Source: an uncultured Gammaproteobacteria bacterium
Lineage (GTDB): Bacteria; Patescibacteriota; Microgenomatia; UBA8517
Assembly (NCBI GenBank): GCA_964489145.1
Contig: CAZAXL010000004.1
Coordinates: 8,176-72,175 of the forward strand
Direction: 5' to 3'
Length of the DNA: 64,000 nt
Below the pieces are notes generated by a model. That model ran no database searches and had not been told where the DNA came from. It worked only from the letters and a program-made list of their open reading frames with translations. Below, one piece after another: positions 8,999 to 18,655 of this stretch. The first letter of the stretch is position 1, and every line of letters begins with the position of its first letter. Made by a program: the position numbers and the translations under genes.

Positions 8999-10414
8999 AT
9001 GGACAAGAAATATTATCTGACAACAACACTGCCTTACGTGAATGCCGAGCCTCATATTGGTTTTGCGCTTGAAATCGTGCAAGCAGATGCCTTGGCGCGT
9101 TTTCATAAGCTTTTGGGGGAAGATGTCGTTTTTAATTTCGGCACAGACGAGCATGGCCAGAAAATTTATCAAAAGGCGCTTGAGGAAGGAAAAGATCCTC
9201 AAAAATATTGTGACGAATATGCAGCCAAGTTTAATGCCTTAAAAAGTGCTCTAAATTTAAGCTACAACCATTTTATAAGAACAACTGACTCTCACCATAT
9301 TAAAGCAGCCCAAGAATTTTGGAAACTTTGCGATAAGAATGGTGACATCTACAAAAAACTTTATAAAACCAAGTATTGCGTCGGCTGCGAGCTGGAAAAA
9401 ACAGATTCTGAACTTACCGATGGTAAATGTCCCCTTCATCCCAACCGTAACTTGGAAACAATTGAAGAGGAAAATTACTTCTTCAGGTTTTCAAAATACC
9501 AGGAACCGCTTTTAGAATTTTATGGGGAAAATCCGGATTTTGTAGTGCCGGAGGGAAAGTTTAACGAGATTAGGAGTTTTGTCAAAGAAGGTTTGCAGGA
9601 TTTCAGCATCTCAAGACTAAAAAACAAGATGCCCTGGGGAATTCCCGTCCCGGGAGATCCAGCCCAAGTGATGTATGTGTGGTTTGACGCCCTTATCAAC
9701 TATATTTCAACCCTAGGCTGGCCGGAAGATACTAAAAATTTTGAAGATTACTGGCCAGGATTCCAAGTTGCAGGTAAGGATAATCTAAGACAGCAAACAG
9801 CAATCTGGCAAGCAATGCTTGCCTCGGCGGGGCTTCCTTTCTCCAAACAAATATTTATCCACGGGTTTGTCACTGCCAACGGTAAAAAAATAAGCAAGAG
9901 CCTGGGCAACACAATAAATCCTATTGAAGTCACCGAAAAATACGGAGCTGACGCCTTGAGATACTACCTACTCGCCAAAATTAATCCAACCGAGGATTCT
10001 GATTTCACTTTTAAAAAGTTTGAGGAAGTCTATAATGGCGAGCTTGCTAACGGACTTGGGAATTTAGTTTCGAGGGTTGCAAAGCTTTGTGAGAAATCCG
10101 ATCTTGAATTTAAACCCACAAAAATACAAAAAGAGGAAAAAATCGAAAACGCACTGAAAGAATATAAATTTGATCTTGCTCTCAAAACTATTTGGGATGG
10201 AATTACCCAAACCGATCAATTTATAAACGAGCAGGAACCATGGAAGCTAACCGGCGGTAAACTTGAGAAAGTTTTAATTCACCTGGTTGACCACATAAGA
10301 GAAATGTCTTTTAATTTGGAACCTTTTTTACCCGAAACTTCCGAAAAAATTCAAAGACAATTTGGGGGTTCAAAAATTGCATCAGGCAGTCCATTATTCC
10401 CCCGCCTGGGTTAA
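8999..10414 (+). CDS. metG: Methionyl-tRNA synthetase (short, 471 aa, no C-terminal tRNA-binding domain)
   Basis: HIGH-class motif PYVNAEPHIGFA, KMSKS variant KISKSLGN, Zn knuckle CVGCE...CPLH, DALRYYLL. Confidence 0.8.
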   Translation: MDKKYYLTTTLPYVNAEPHIGFALEIVQADALARFHKLLGEDVVFNFGTDEHGQKIYQKALEEGKDPQKYCDEYAAKFNALKSALNLSYNHFIRTTDSHHIKAAQEFWKLCDKNGDIYKKLYKTKYCVGCELEKTDSELTDGKCPLHPNRNLETIEEENYFFRFSKYQEPLLEFYGENPDFVVPEGKFNEIRSFVKEGLQDFSISRLKNKMPWGIPVPGDPAQVMYVWFDALINYISTLGWPEDTKNFEDYWPGFQVAGKDNLRQQTAIWQAMLASAGLPFSKQIFIHGFVTANGKKISKSLGNTINPIEVTEKYGADALRYYLLAKINPTEDSDFTFKKFEEVYNGELANGLGNLVSRVAKLCEKSDLEFKPTKIQKEEKIENALKEYKFDLALKTIWDGITQTDQFINEQEPWKLTGGKLEKVLIHLVDHIREMSFNLEPFLPETSEKIQRQFGGSKIASGSPLFPRLG

Positions 10415-10423
10415 ATATTAGCT

Positions 10424-11914
10424 ATGCGTAAATTCATTGAAAAGCATGACAAAGGAATTCTACGAGCCCTGGAAATTTTGCCAGGATTTACCTCCTGGAA
10501 CTTGATTCTTTTTCCGTACTGGGGAATTTTTGTGATCCCTAAGGTCGTGGCCTATTTCGTTCTATTCTTTAATATTTATTGGTTTTACCAATCATTTCAA
10601 ATCGCAATATCAGCCATAATATCAAATATGAGAATACAGGCCGCAAAAATTTATGACTGGATGGGAGATGTAAAAGATTTTCCGGATTGGAAAAAGGTCC
10701 GACACGTTGTCATAATTCCTACCTACAAAGAACCCCTTCATATTCTCGAAAGAACTCTCGACTCCCTCGCCACCCAGGAATTTCCCACTAAAGGAATCGT
10801 TCCCGTTCTTGCGATGGAAAAAAACGAGCCTGAAAAAGACCGATTGTCTAAATGGAAAGCGTTAAACGAAAAATACGGAAAGACGTTTTGCAAACTTTTT
10901 GTAACCGTACACGAACTTAAAGCCGGCGAGGTTACAGGGAAAGCTTCAAACGAAAGATACGCCGCCATTTGGGTAAAAGAGAACTATATAGACGCAGAGA
11001 GACTTAATATTGATTACTTTACGGTCACCTCTTGCGACGCGGATCATAAGTTTCATCCCAAACACTTTGCCAACCTTACTTTCAAATTTTTGGACAATCC
11101 CAACCGATATAAAGTGTTCTGGCAACCCTCTGTTATGTTTTATAACAATATTTGGGAAATACCGGCAATTACCCGTGTGTTAAATACACTAATGTCAATT
11201 TCAAATCTTTCCCAGCTTGCGCGTAAAGACAAACTCATTAATACTCAAAATTATTCACTTTCTTATAAATTACTGGATGCCGTTGGATACTGGGATGCCG
11301 ATAAAATTCCTGAGGACTGGGGAATATTTTTTAAAGCATTCTATAAAAGTGGTGGCGGAATTGAAGTCGAACCGATTTATCTTCCGCTTATGGCCGATGC
11401 CGCGCAATCCGGCTCTTTTTGGAAAACAATTAAAAATCAGTATCAGCAACTTCAAAGATGGGCTTGGGGAGTAAGTGATGATCCCTGGATAATAAAAAGT
11501 TATCTCCTAACAAGGAATATTCCTTTTTGGGATAAAACAATGAGACTAATCCAGGTTCTTTGGTCGCACTTTTTATGGCCGGTTAATTGGTTCATTATTT
11601 CGGTGGGGCTGACCATACCAACCCTTCTTAACCCTGCTTTTGGAAGAACAGCCCTGGGTTACACCGTTCCTAAACTATCATCTTTGATTTTGACACTCGC
11701 ACTTGTATTTCTGTCTGTAATGATAATTATCGACAACATTCAAAAACCAAAAAGGCCAAGCAATGTGTCTCTGCTCAGGAAGATTTTAATACCTTTTGAA
11801 TTTATTCTAATGCCCCTGGCGGGTTTTCTTTTTACAGCTCTTCCCGGAATCGATGCCCACACCCGTCTTATGCTCGGAAAATATATTCAATACAAAGTAA
11901 CTGAGAAGGTGTAG
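10424..11914 (+). CDS. Membrane-embedded processive family-2 glycosyltransferase (CesA/HAS/NodC-like)
   Basis: N- and C-terminal TM helices; GT2 signature VIIPTYKEPLHILERTLDSLATQ, DxD (TSCDADHK), Q(Q/R)xRW motif QQLQRWAWG. Confidence 0.65.
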   Translation: MRKFIEKHDKGILRALEILPGFTSWNLILFPYWGIFVIPKVVAYFVLFFNIYWFYQSFQIAISAIISNMRIQAAKIYDWMGDVKDFPDWKKVRHVVIIPTYKEPLHILERTLDSLATQEFPTKGIVPVLAMEKNEPEKDRLSKWKALNEKYGKTFCKLFVTVHELKAGEVTGKASNERYAAIWVKENYIDAERLNIDYFTVTSCDADHKFHPKHFANLTFKFLDNPNRYKVFWQPSVMFYNNIWEIPAITRVLNTLMSISNLSQLARKDKLINTQNYSLSYKLLDAVGYWDADKIPEDWGIFFKAFYKSGGGIEVEPIYLPLMADAAQSGSFWKTIKNQYQQLQRWAWGVSDDPWIIKSYLLTRNIPFWDKTMRLIQVLWSHFLWPVNWFIISVGLTIPTLLNPAFGRTALGYTVPKLSSLILTLALVFLSVMIIIDNIQKPKRPSNVSLLRKILIPFEFILMPLAGFLFTALPGIDAHTRLMLGKYIQYKVTEKV

Positions 11915-11934
11915 ATCAAGCTTCGGATCTAAAA

Positions 11935-12879
11935 TTAAAAATTACTTTTGTAAAACTCAATAGTTTTTTGAAGACCTGTCTCAATGTTTGTTTTTGGCTC
12001 CCAATCAAGTATTTCCTTTGCTTTTGTAATATCTGGTTGTCTTCTCATTGGGTCGTCTTCCCTGAACGTTCCGCTATACTCAATTTCTGATTTAGAGTCT
12101 GTAAGTTTAATAATTTTTTCAGCCAAATCCTTGATGGTAAACTCATCAGGGTTCCCTAAATTAAAGATCTCCCCCTTGGTTCCTTGTGTAAACATTGCTT
12201 TTGCAACGCCTTCAACCAAATCCTCAACATAGCAAAAAGATCTTGTTTGACTCCCATCGCCATCTATTTTTATTGGAGCGTCCGAAAGAGATTGCATAAT
12301 AAAGTTGCTTACCACTCTCCCATCGTCCTTTTGCATTTTGGGTCCGTACGTATTAAAAATGCGTATTATTCTGGCATCAATATCATGTTTTCGAAAATAA
12401 ACATATGTTGCTGTTTCTGCAAATCTTTTGCTTTCGTCGTAGCACGATCTCGGACCAAACGTGTTTACATTTCCGAAATATGTCTCCTTTTGGGGGTGCT
12501 CCAAGGGATCTCCATAAACTTCTGACGTCGACGCAATTAGCACCTTTGCTCCAGTTTCTTTGGCCAGTTTTAATACGTTTAGAGTACCCGTAGAATTGGC
12601 TAAAAGTGTTTCTTCCGGGTAATTTTGATAATCAATTGGAGATGCTGGAGACGCTAAATGAAAAATGTAATCTAATGACTGAGTATTAAAAATTAATGGT
12701 TGAGTAATGTCTGCTTTGACAAATTCAAAGTTGGGATTGTCTAAAAGATGCTCTACATTTTTTTTTGATCCTGTTAGAAGATTGTCCAAACAAATTACTT
12801 TATAGCCATCATTTAATAATTTGTCGGATAAGTGGCTTCCTATGAACCCAACCCCCCCGGTTATTAACACATTTTGCAT
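11935..12879 (-). CDS. uxs: UDP-glucuronate decarboxylase (UDP-xylose synthase), SDR family
   Basis: Near-colinear similarity to UXS1 core: TGGVGFIGSHL, LASTSEVYGDP, YDESKRFAE (YxxxK), RIFNTYGP, DGRVVSNFI, GSQTRSF. Confidence 0.8.
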   Translation of the reverse strand: MQNVLITGGVGFIGSHLSDKLLNDGYKVICLDNLLTGSKKNVEHLLDNPNFEFVKADITQPLIFNTQSLDYIFHLASPASPIDYQNYPEETLLANSTGTLNVLKLAKETGAKVLIASTSEVYGDPLEHPQKETYFGNVNTFGPRSCYDESKRFAETATYVYFRKHDIDARIIRIFNTYGPKMQKDDGRVVSNFIMQSLSDAPIKIDGDGSQTRSFCYVEDLVEGVAKAMFTQGTKGEIFNLGNPDEFTIKDLAEKIIKLTDSKSEIEYSGTFREDDPMRRQPDITKAKEILDWEPKTNIETGLQKTIEFYKSNF

Positions 12880-12911
12880 ATGAGCGAATTATATCTTAAA
12901 CTAAGAGTAAT

Positions 12912-14420
12912 ATGAAATCACTTTGGCAAAAGCTTCATGAAGTAGGTGATTCCCTCCACCTGCCGGATATTCCAAACTGGCTTATCGTAATATTGGCTTT
13001 GGTGTTTCTCCTGAGAGTTCCCTCATTCTTTGAACCTTATTACTATGGTGACGAGATGATTTATCTGACTCTTGGACAAGGGGTGCGCCAGGGACTTACT
13101 CTTTACAAAGATGTCTACGACAATAAGCCACCTCTTTTATATTTGACCGCTGCCGTTGCCGGAAATCTTTTTTGGTTTAAAGTGATTTTAGCCTTTTGGA
13201 GTTTGATAACAATATTTCTTTTTTACAAACTTACAAAAATAATCCTGGAAAAAAATGAAAAGGCGCAAAAAATATCTACACTGATTTTTGCATTACTAAC
13301 CACGCTTCCCCTCCTTGAGGGTTTAACAATAAATTCCGAACTTTTTATGATTGCCTTTACAATTGCTGCATTTATCATACTTTTGAAAAATGATTTAAAG
13401 GTAAAGGGAGTGTATTTTGCCGGCGTGCTTTTGGGTATAGGCGCACTTTTTAAAATCCCTGCGGCATTTGACGCACCGATTATCGTAATTTACTGGATCA
13501 TTACAGACGGCCTGAAAAATTGGAGGGGGATTCTTAAAAATACTTTCATACTTATGTTGGGCTTTGCATCTCCAATTGTCTTAACCTTAATTTGGTACTA
13601 TTTCAGGGGTGCACTTCCCGAATATATAAAGGCTGCTTTCTTGCAAAATGTTGGTTATTTAAGCAGTTTTAGACCCGGTGACGTTCAAAAATCATTTCTA
13701 GTTAGGAATGCCCCGCTTTTGATCCGGGGTCTTATTGTACTGATTGGATCAGCAACTCTTTTTGTATTCCGAAAAAAGCTTTCAAAGAAGTTTATTTTAT
13801 TGTCTCTCTGGATACTTTTTACCCTTTTTGCGATCACTCTCTCGGAACGTCCTTACCCGCACTACCTTATCCAGGCTGTTGCTCCCATTTCAATACTTCT
13901 CTCGATATTCTTTGCGGAAAAAAGTTTGGAACAATCTCTTGTTGTTCTTCCCCTGGCTCTGACTTTCTTCGTCCCGGTTTATTATAAATTCTGGCTTTAT
14001 CCGACGACGGCTTACTACTCAAGGTTTGTCAGCTTTGCCGTTGGAGGAGGGAATAAATCGGCATACTTTAATGATTTCTCACCAAAGATAAACAGAGATT
14101 ATCAAATCGCGGATTTTTTGGTAAATTCAAGTACGCTGGATGATAAAGTCTTTATGTGGGATCCCGGCTCTCCCGCCGTTTATGCTTTGTCGAAACATTT
14201 ACCCCCTATCAAGTATGTCGTTGATTATCACATAAACGATTATTCAGATAAAACAAAGGAGGCGGAAAATATTGCGAAAGATCCCCCTAAATTTATAATC
14301 CTTACCGACCTCTACCCCTACCCGGAACTTAACTTTCTTCTTAAAAGCAAATATTTGCTGGTAAATCAGATCGATGATGCCAACATTTATTCCCGAATCA
14401 ATTTTGCTCCCACAAAATAG
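12912..14420 (+). CDS. GT-C fold glycosyltransferase, ArnT/PMT (GT39/GT83)-like
   Basis: Polytopic; first extracytoplasmic loop has YYGDEMIYLTLGQ (DE motif) and NKPPLLY, typical of PMT_2/ArnT family. Confidence 0.55.
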   Translation: MKSLWQKLHEVGDSLHLPDIPNWLIVILALVFLLRVPSFFEPYYYGDEMIYLTLGQGVRQGLTLYKDVYDNKPPLLYLTAAVAGNLFWFKVILAFWSLITIFLFYKLTKIILEKNEKAQKISTLIFALLTTLPLLEGLTINSELFMIAFTIAAFIILLKNDLKVKGVYFAGVLLGIGALFKIPAAFDAPIIVIYWIITDGLKNWRGILKNTFILMLGFASPIVLTLIWYYFRGALPEYIKAAFLQNVGYLSSFRPGDVQKSFLVRNAPLLIRGLIVLIGSATLFVFRKKLSKKFILLSLWILFTLFAITLSERPYPHYLIQAVAPISILLSIFFAEKSLEQSLVVLPLALTFFVPVYYKFWLYPTTAYYSRFVSFAVGGGNKSAYFNDFSPKINRDYQIADFLVNSSTLDDKVFMWDPGSPAVYALSKHLPPIKYVVDYHINDYSDKTKEAENIAKDPPKFIILTDLYPYPELNFLLKSKYLLVNQIDDANIYSRINFAPTK

Positions 14421-14448
14421 ATATCGTACAATATAGACCTTAAGCGAT

Positions 14449-14784
14449 ATGCATTGGAAAAAAGTCACTTTTTATAACTACTTTCTGACTGCCTTAATTT
14501 TGAGTGTTTTATTCATCGTCGGAATTCTTCTTGTCAAAAAATTCCTCCCGCCTGTTATTCCTATTTTTTATGGAAAACCGGTAGGAACGGAACAGCTAAG
14601 CACCTTTTGGTTTTTCTTTATCATTCCGGCTGTTTCAATTTTAATTACAGGTATTAACCTTTTAATTAACATATCGATAAAGGACGTATTCATTAAAAAA
14701 ATATTGGCAGTTAGCGCCCTTGCCATTTCACTGATGGCAAGTGTGACTATTTTGAAAATAGTCTTTTTGGTTGGATTTTTTTAA
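14449..14784 (+). CDS. Small membrane protein (3 TM), hypothetical
   Basis: 111 aa hydrophobic; stop overlaps next gene. Confidence 0.3.
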   Translation: MHWKKVTFYNYFLTALILSVLFIVGILLVKKFLPPVIPIFYGKPVGTEQLSTFWFFFIIPAVSILITGINLLINISIKDVFIKKILAVSALAISLMASVTILKIVFLVGFF

Positions 14785-15877
14785 AATGGATGAATTACGT
14801 AATATTTTCTTAATACCATGGCTTATCTCAGCGGTAGTTGCTTTTCTGACAACACCTTTGGCAATTAAGTTTGCCGAAAGAATTGGTATCATAGATGATC
14901 CGGCTAAAAATAAGCATCCTAAAGTAATTCACACCTATCCAGTTCCCCGTGGAGGCGGAATTCCAATTTTTATAGCGGTTCTTGTGTCTAGCCTTATATT
15001 CTTACCGATAGACAAACAACTAATTGGAATTTTGGTGGGTGCTACTATCTTGGTCGTTATGGGGGTGCTTGATGATAAATATAATCTAAATCCATATCTA
15101 AGACTTCTGATCGGATTTGTAGCAGCAGCCGCTCCAATCGCAGCCGGAATAGGAATTTCATTTATTTCAAACCCTTTGGGAGGAACAATAAGCCTGAGTC
15201 AGCCCCAAATTAATTTTGAGCTTTTTGGGGAAACACGCAGTATCTGGATCATCTCCGACGTCTTTGCAATTCTTTGGATCACTTTTTTAATGAATATTGT
15301 AAACATGGGGGCAAAGGGAGTTGATGGACAACTTAGCGGGGTAACTGTAATTGCGGCTCTAACCATTGCATTTTTATCTTTGAGATTTTCGGCTGATATT
15401 ACCCAATGGCCGGTTATAATTTTAGCGGCAATTACTGCGGGAGCCTATCTGGGATTTTTACCTTGGCATATATTCCCTCAAAAAATTATGCCTGGATATA
15501 GCGGTAGTACCCTAGCAGGGTATCTTCTGGCAGTTCTTTCAATTCTTTCAACAACAAAGGTTGGAGCCTTGATGGTTGTACTGGGAATCCCCCTTATTGA
15601 TACCGGATACACAATTATTAGAAGGATTGTTAATCACAAATCCCCTGTCTGGGGAGACAAGGGGCATCTCCATCACAGACTTCTTGATGCCGGTCTTTCC
15701 AAAACCCAGGTTGCAGTTTTTTACTGGGCAATAACAGGAGTTCTCGGTTTTTTGGCACTTAATTTGAATACAACCAGTAAGATCTATACAATGATAGGTA
15801 TAGCCATGTTGTTAGGCGGCTTGATACTATGGTTGACGTACCGACCCAAGAAAAACAACAGTCAAAAACCCCTTTGA
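14771..15877 (+). CDS. Polyprenyl-phosphate sugar-1-phosphate transferase, MraY/WecA (GT4) family
   Basis: ~10 TM; DDxxN-like LDDKYNLN motif, NIVNMGAKGVDG (N..N..DGxDG) block, HHRLLD C-terminal motif. Confidence 0.6.
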   Translation: MDFFKMDELRNIFLIPWLISAVVAFLTTPLAIKFAERIGIIDDPAKNKHPKVIHTYPVPRGGGIPIFIAVLVSSLIFLPIDKQLIGILVGATILVVMGVLDDKYNLNPYLRLLIGFVAAAAPIAAGIGISFISNPLGGTISLSQPQINFELFGETRSIWIISDVFAILWITFLMNIVNMGAKGVDGQLSGVTVIAALTIAFLSLRFSADITQWPVIILAAITAGAYLGFLPWHIFPQKIMPGYSGSTLAGYLLAVLSILSTTKVGALMVVLGIPLIDTGYTIIRRIVNHKSPVWGDKGHLHHRLLDAGLSKTQVAVFYWAITGVLGFLALNLNTTSKIYTMIGIAMLLGGLILWLTYRPKKNNSQKPL

Positions 15878-16806
15878 TAATTGCGGCAATTAAAGTTGCT
15901 AGACCCGTGCATTGGATTAAAAATATCTCTGTTTTTGCCGCCATTTTTTTATCGGGATATTTATTTGAAAAAGATCTCTTCCTAAAAACTTCATGGGCTT
16001 TTGTGGCTTTTTGTTTTACAACTTCGGCAACATACATTATCAACGATATTTTTGACAGAAAGATGGACCGCCTGCACCCTATTAAAAAGAATAGACCCAT
16101 TGCTTCCGGATCTCTTTCTATACCCCTCGCTTTAATTGAAGCATTCCTTCTGATTTTGGGGGCAATTATGGCTACTTTCGCCGGAAATCTGGATCCTATC
16201 TTTTTGACAATAATACTCATTTACCTGATTCTGCAGGTTTTCTACAGCCTGGGCCTCAAAAATATTGCAATTTTGGATATCATCCTTATTGCGGCCGGAT
16301 TCGTTTTAAGGGTTTATGCGGGAGCATTCGTGATCAACGCACACCTTTCCGTCTGGTTTCTTCTTTGTGTAATTTCTGTTGCTTTGTTCCTGGCGTCGGG
16401 GAAAAGGAGGGCAGAGCTAAACCTCATCCAAAATACCGACACGACAACCCGAAAGAGTCTTAGAGCCTACGAAAAGGACTTATTAAATTCTTACGTTACC
16501 ATGTTCGGAAACGCATCCTGGATGTCATGGGCCCTCTTTACATTTTTTGAAAGCCCGCGCGCCTCGCTTCCATTCTGGCTTGTACTTGCAGAGCTATCCA
16601 AGACAACAACGATAGGAAAACTTTTAATGTTTACTATCCCCGTAACAATTTTCGGACTGATGAGATATGAGGCTTTAATCTTTCAAGGCAAAAGCGAAAC
16701 CCCGGAAAAGCTACTTCTTACCGATAAAGCCTTGATTGCGGCAGTTTCTCTTTGGGTGATTCTTGTCTACTGGGTTCTTTACAGCGGCATTACTGTTACA
16801 CAATAA
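15829..16806 (+). CDS. UbiA-family prenyltransferase, decaprenyl-phosphate phosphoribosyltransferase (DPPR synthase)-like
   Basis: NDIFDRKMD = NDxxDxxxD UbiA motif; 8-9 TM; overlaps upstream gene. Confidence 0.5.
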   Translation: MVDVPTQEKQQSKTPLIIAAIKVARPVHWIKNISVFAAIFLSGYLFEKDLFLKTSWAFVAFCFTTSATYIINDIFDRKMDRLHPIKKNRPIASGSLSIPLALIEAFLLILGAIMATFAGNLDPIFLTIILIYLILQVFYSLGLKNIAILDIILIAAGFVLRVYAGAFVINAHLSVWFLLCVISVALFLASGKRRAELNLIQNTDTTTRKSLRAYEKDLLNSYVTMFGNASWMSWALFTFFESPRASLPFWLVLAELSKTTTIGKLLMFTIPVTIFGLMRYEALIFQGKSETPEKLLLTDKALIAAVSLWVILVYWVLYSGITVTQ

Positions 16807-16810
16807 CTCT

Positions 16811-17665
16811 TTATCTCGCCACAGCGCTCACCGTTGCATAATCTGCCGAGATCCATCCGACAATTCCTGATGGCAAACCGGGTTTTGGATCTCCGTATTG
16901 AATTTCAATCCAGCCGGTTGCAGCATCTGTATCAAGATAAGGGAATGTTTCGCCCGGTTTTACCTGAGCAATTTCCTCTCCACCGGCTCCCGGTTTTGAT
17001 CTAACCCTAAGGTACCCTGTTGGGGTCTCTAAAATCTGCACAATTTTGATTTCCGTTTTCAAGGACTCTTTGATGGAGTCCGTATTTTGAGAATCTGTTC
17101 TTTCCAATTTCGCATAAAATGTAAGTCTGTAACCGGTCAAGGTTTTTACTGTCATTGATAAATCCGAATATCCCGGAGCTTTAATTGAAATTGTGTGCAT
17201 TGCGGGGGCTATTGCCGAAGCACTATACGGTGAAAAGCCTCTGGAAACTCCGTCGACCAGTACCTGAGCGTTGTCCGGCTGGGAAATGACCACCAATCCT
17301 GCAGACTGTGCCCCGGTTTTTTCAAAAGAAATGATGCGACCGGAGGATGTATCCTCACTTGTTCCAAAATTTCTACCTACAAATGTTTCGATACCGGGTG
17401 TTAAAGTTATTGATGTCTCAAAAGGCACGAGGTTTTCAGAGGACCCTGTCGGAACCAGTCTTAAAATAACCGCACCCGCTTTATACATCCCGGTAAAAGG
17501 AGTTTCCCCAACCAAACTGCCGTTGACAAAAACTGTAGCCTTTGGGGTAGTTTCGATTCTTATTCCCCCCTGTTTTGGACTTAAAAGTCCAACCAGATAG
17601 AAAGCGGTTCCTGTCAAAATTATCAAAGAGACAACAGAAATTAGAATAATTTTTACCGTCTTCAT
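16811..17665 (-). CDS. Membrane-anchored PEGA-domain protein
   Basis: Start moved to MKTVKIIL (the track's N-terminal extension overlaps tRNA-Cys); N-terminal TM; two PEGA-like repeats (VFVNGSLVGETPF; VLVDGVSRGFSPY). Confidence 0.5.
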   Translation of the reverse strand: MKTVKIILISVVSLIILTGTAFYLVGLLSPKQGGIRIETTPKATVFVNGSLVGETPFTGMYKAGAVILRLVPTGSSENLVPFETSITLTPGIETFVGRNFGTSEDTSSGRIISFEKTGAQSAGLVVISQPDNAQVLVDGVSRGFSPYSASAIAPAMHTISIKAPGYSDLSMTVKTLTGYRLTFYAKLERTDSQNTDSIKESLKTEIKIVQILETPTGYLRVRSKPGAGGEEIAQVKPGETFPYLDTDAATGWIEIQYGDPKPGLPSGIVGWISADYATVSAVAR

Positions 17666-17728
17666 AGTCACCGAGTGTAACATATGGCAAGGAAAGTTTG
17701 CCACTTGCATGATAGAATACAGGGACTC

Positions 17729-17800
17729 GACCGGATGTCGAAGTGGAAACGAAGGTGTCTGCAAAACACCCATGCGCGGGTTCGATTCCCGCTCCGGTCT
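17729..17800 (+). tRNA. tRNA-Cys (anticodon GCA)
   Basis: Perfect 7-bp acceptor GACCGGA/TCCGGTC, 3-bp D stem, anticodon stem GGTGT/ACACC with loop CTGCAAA (U33, GCA, A37), 5-nt variable loop, T arm GCGGG-TTCGATT-CCCGC, discriminator U73; CCA not encoded. Confidence 0.9.
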
Positions 17801-17816
17801 CTAAAGAAATTGTGAA

Positions 17817-17845
17817 CACCCCAAACTTGACTTTGGGGCTTTTCA
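17817..17845 (+). terminator. Rho-independent terminator after tRNA-Cys
   Basis: CCCCAAActtgacTTTGGGG hairpin followed by CTTTTC; a second hairpin CCCGCaataGCGGG+TTTTTTG lies at ~17867-17888. Confidence 0.5.
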
Positions 17846-17979
17846 TAAGCTACAATAGCGACTCGTCCCGCAATAGCGGGATTTTTTGTGTCTGCCCACA
17901 CATACGGGTGAGGTTTTTAGCTTCTGCCAAAAATCGAGCTTGGAATATGACATCCTGTGCCAGGATCTAATGGCACATT

Positions 17980-18654
17980 ATGAGAAAAATAAACGTTGAA
18001 CTGCCTAAGTATCGCCTTCAGCTTAATGTAAAGCTGGTAAAAAGGCGAAAACCTTTGCTGGAAGAACCGATTCTTCCCAAGGCTTCTCTTGTGAGAAAAA
18101 AATACCGAAAAGGGACTTTTCTCGGCAGGCTTGCTAGATATTTTGCGGATCATAAAAATATACGGAAAATTTTTGCTTCCAGTTTTGCTTTCATTGCTAT
18201 TACCACTACCTTTATTCCCCAGTCTGGTGGAGTCCAGGCACAAGGATCGGAAAATATTGTAATCGAGGCTCAAACCAACCTTGTAACCGAAAAGGGCATG
18301 CTTTATCCTGTTGGTCCGATAAAAATTAACCAAGGTTACAGTATTTTTCACAGAGGACTGGATCTTGGGGGAAAAACCGGAGAACCCATCAAACCCATTA
18401 TGGCTGGGGTTGTTGCCTATGCCGGGTGGGATCGCTCGGGATATGGAAATTTGGTTGTACTGCAACACAAAAATGGCCTTGATTCATATTATGCTCATCT
18501 TTCCAAAATCGAGGTTAAAACCGGCCAAACCGTTGAAGTGGGTACAGAAATCGGAAAAATGGGTGTAACGGGGCGCACTACCGGTACACATCTTCATCTT
18601 GAGATTCACCAAAATGGAGTTTCTCTCAATCCTTTAACAGTCTTAAGTAGATAA
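17980..18654 (+). CDS. M23 family (LytM-type) metalloendopeptidase with N-terminal membrane anchor
   Basis: HRGLDLGG...D, YYAHLS, GTHLHLEIH (HxxxD / HxH M23 signature). Confidence 0.8.
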   Translation: MRKINVELPKYRLQLNVKLVKRRKPLLEEPILPKASLVRKKYRKGTFLGRLARYFADHKNIRKIFASSFAFIAITTTFIPQSGGVQAQGSENIVIEAQTNLVTEKGMLYPVGPIKINQGYSIFHRGLDLGGKTGEPIKPIMAGVVAYAGWDRSGYGNLVVLQHKNGLDSYYAHLSKIEVKTGQTVEVGTEIGKMGVTGRTTGTHLHLEIHQNGVSLNPLTVLSR

Positions 18655-18655
18655 G

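Noticed and set aside
17481-17970. Three track ORFs (17481..17846 -, 17668..17901 -, 17743..17970 +) and the N-terminal 36 codons of ORF 16811..17773
   Set aside because: They overlap a well-formed tRNA-Cys(GCA) gene and its terminators; the PEGA-protein start was moved to MKTVK at 17665.
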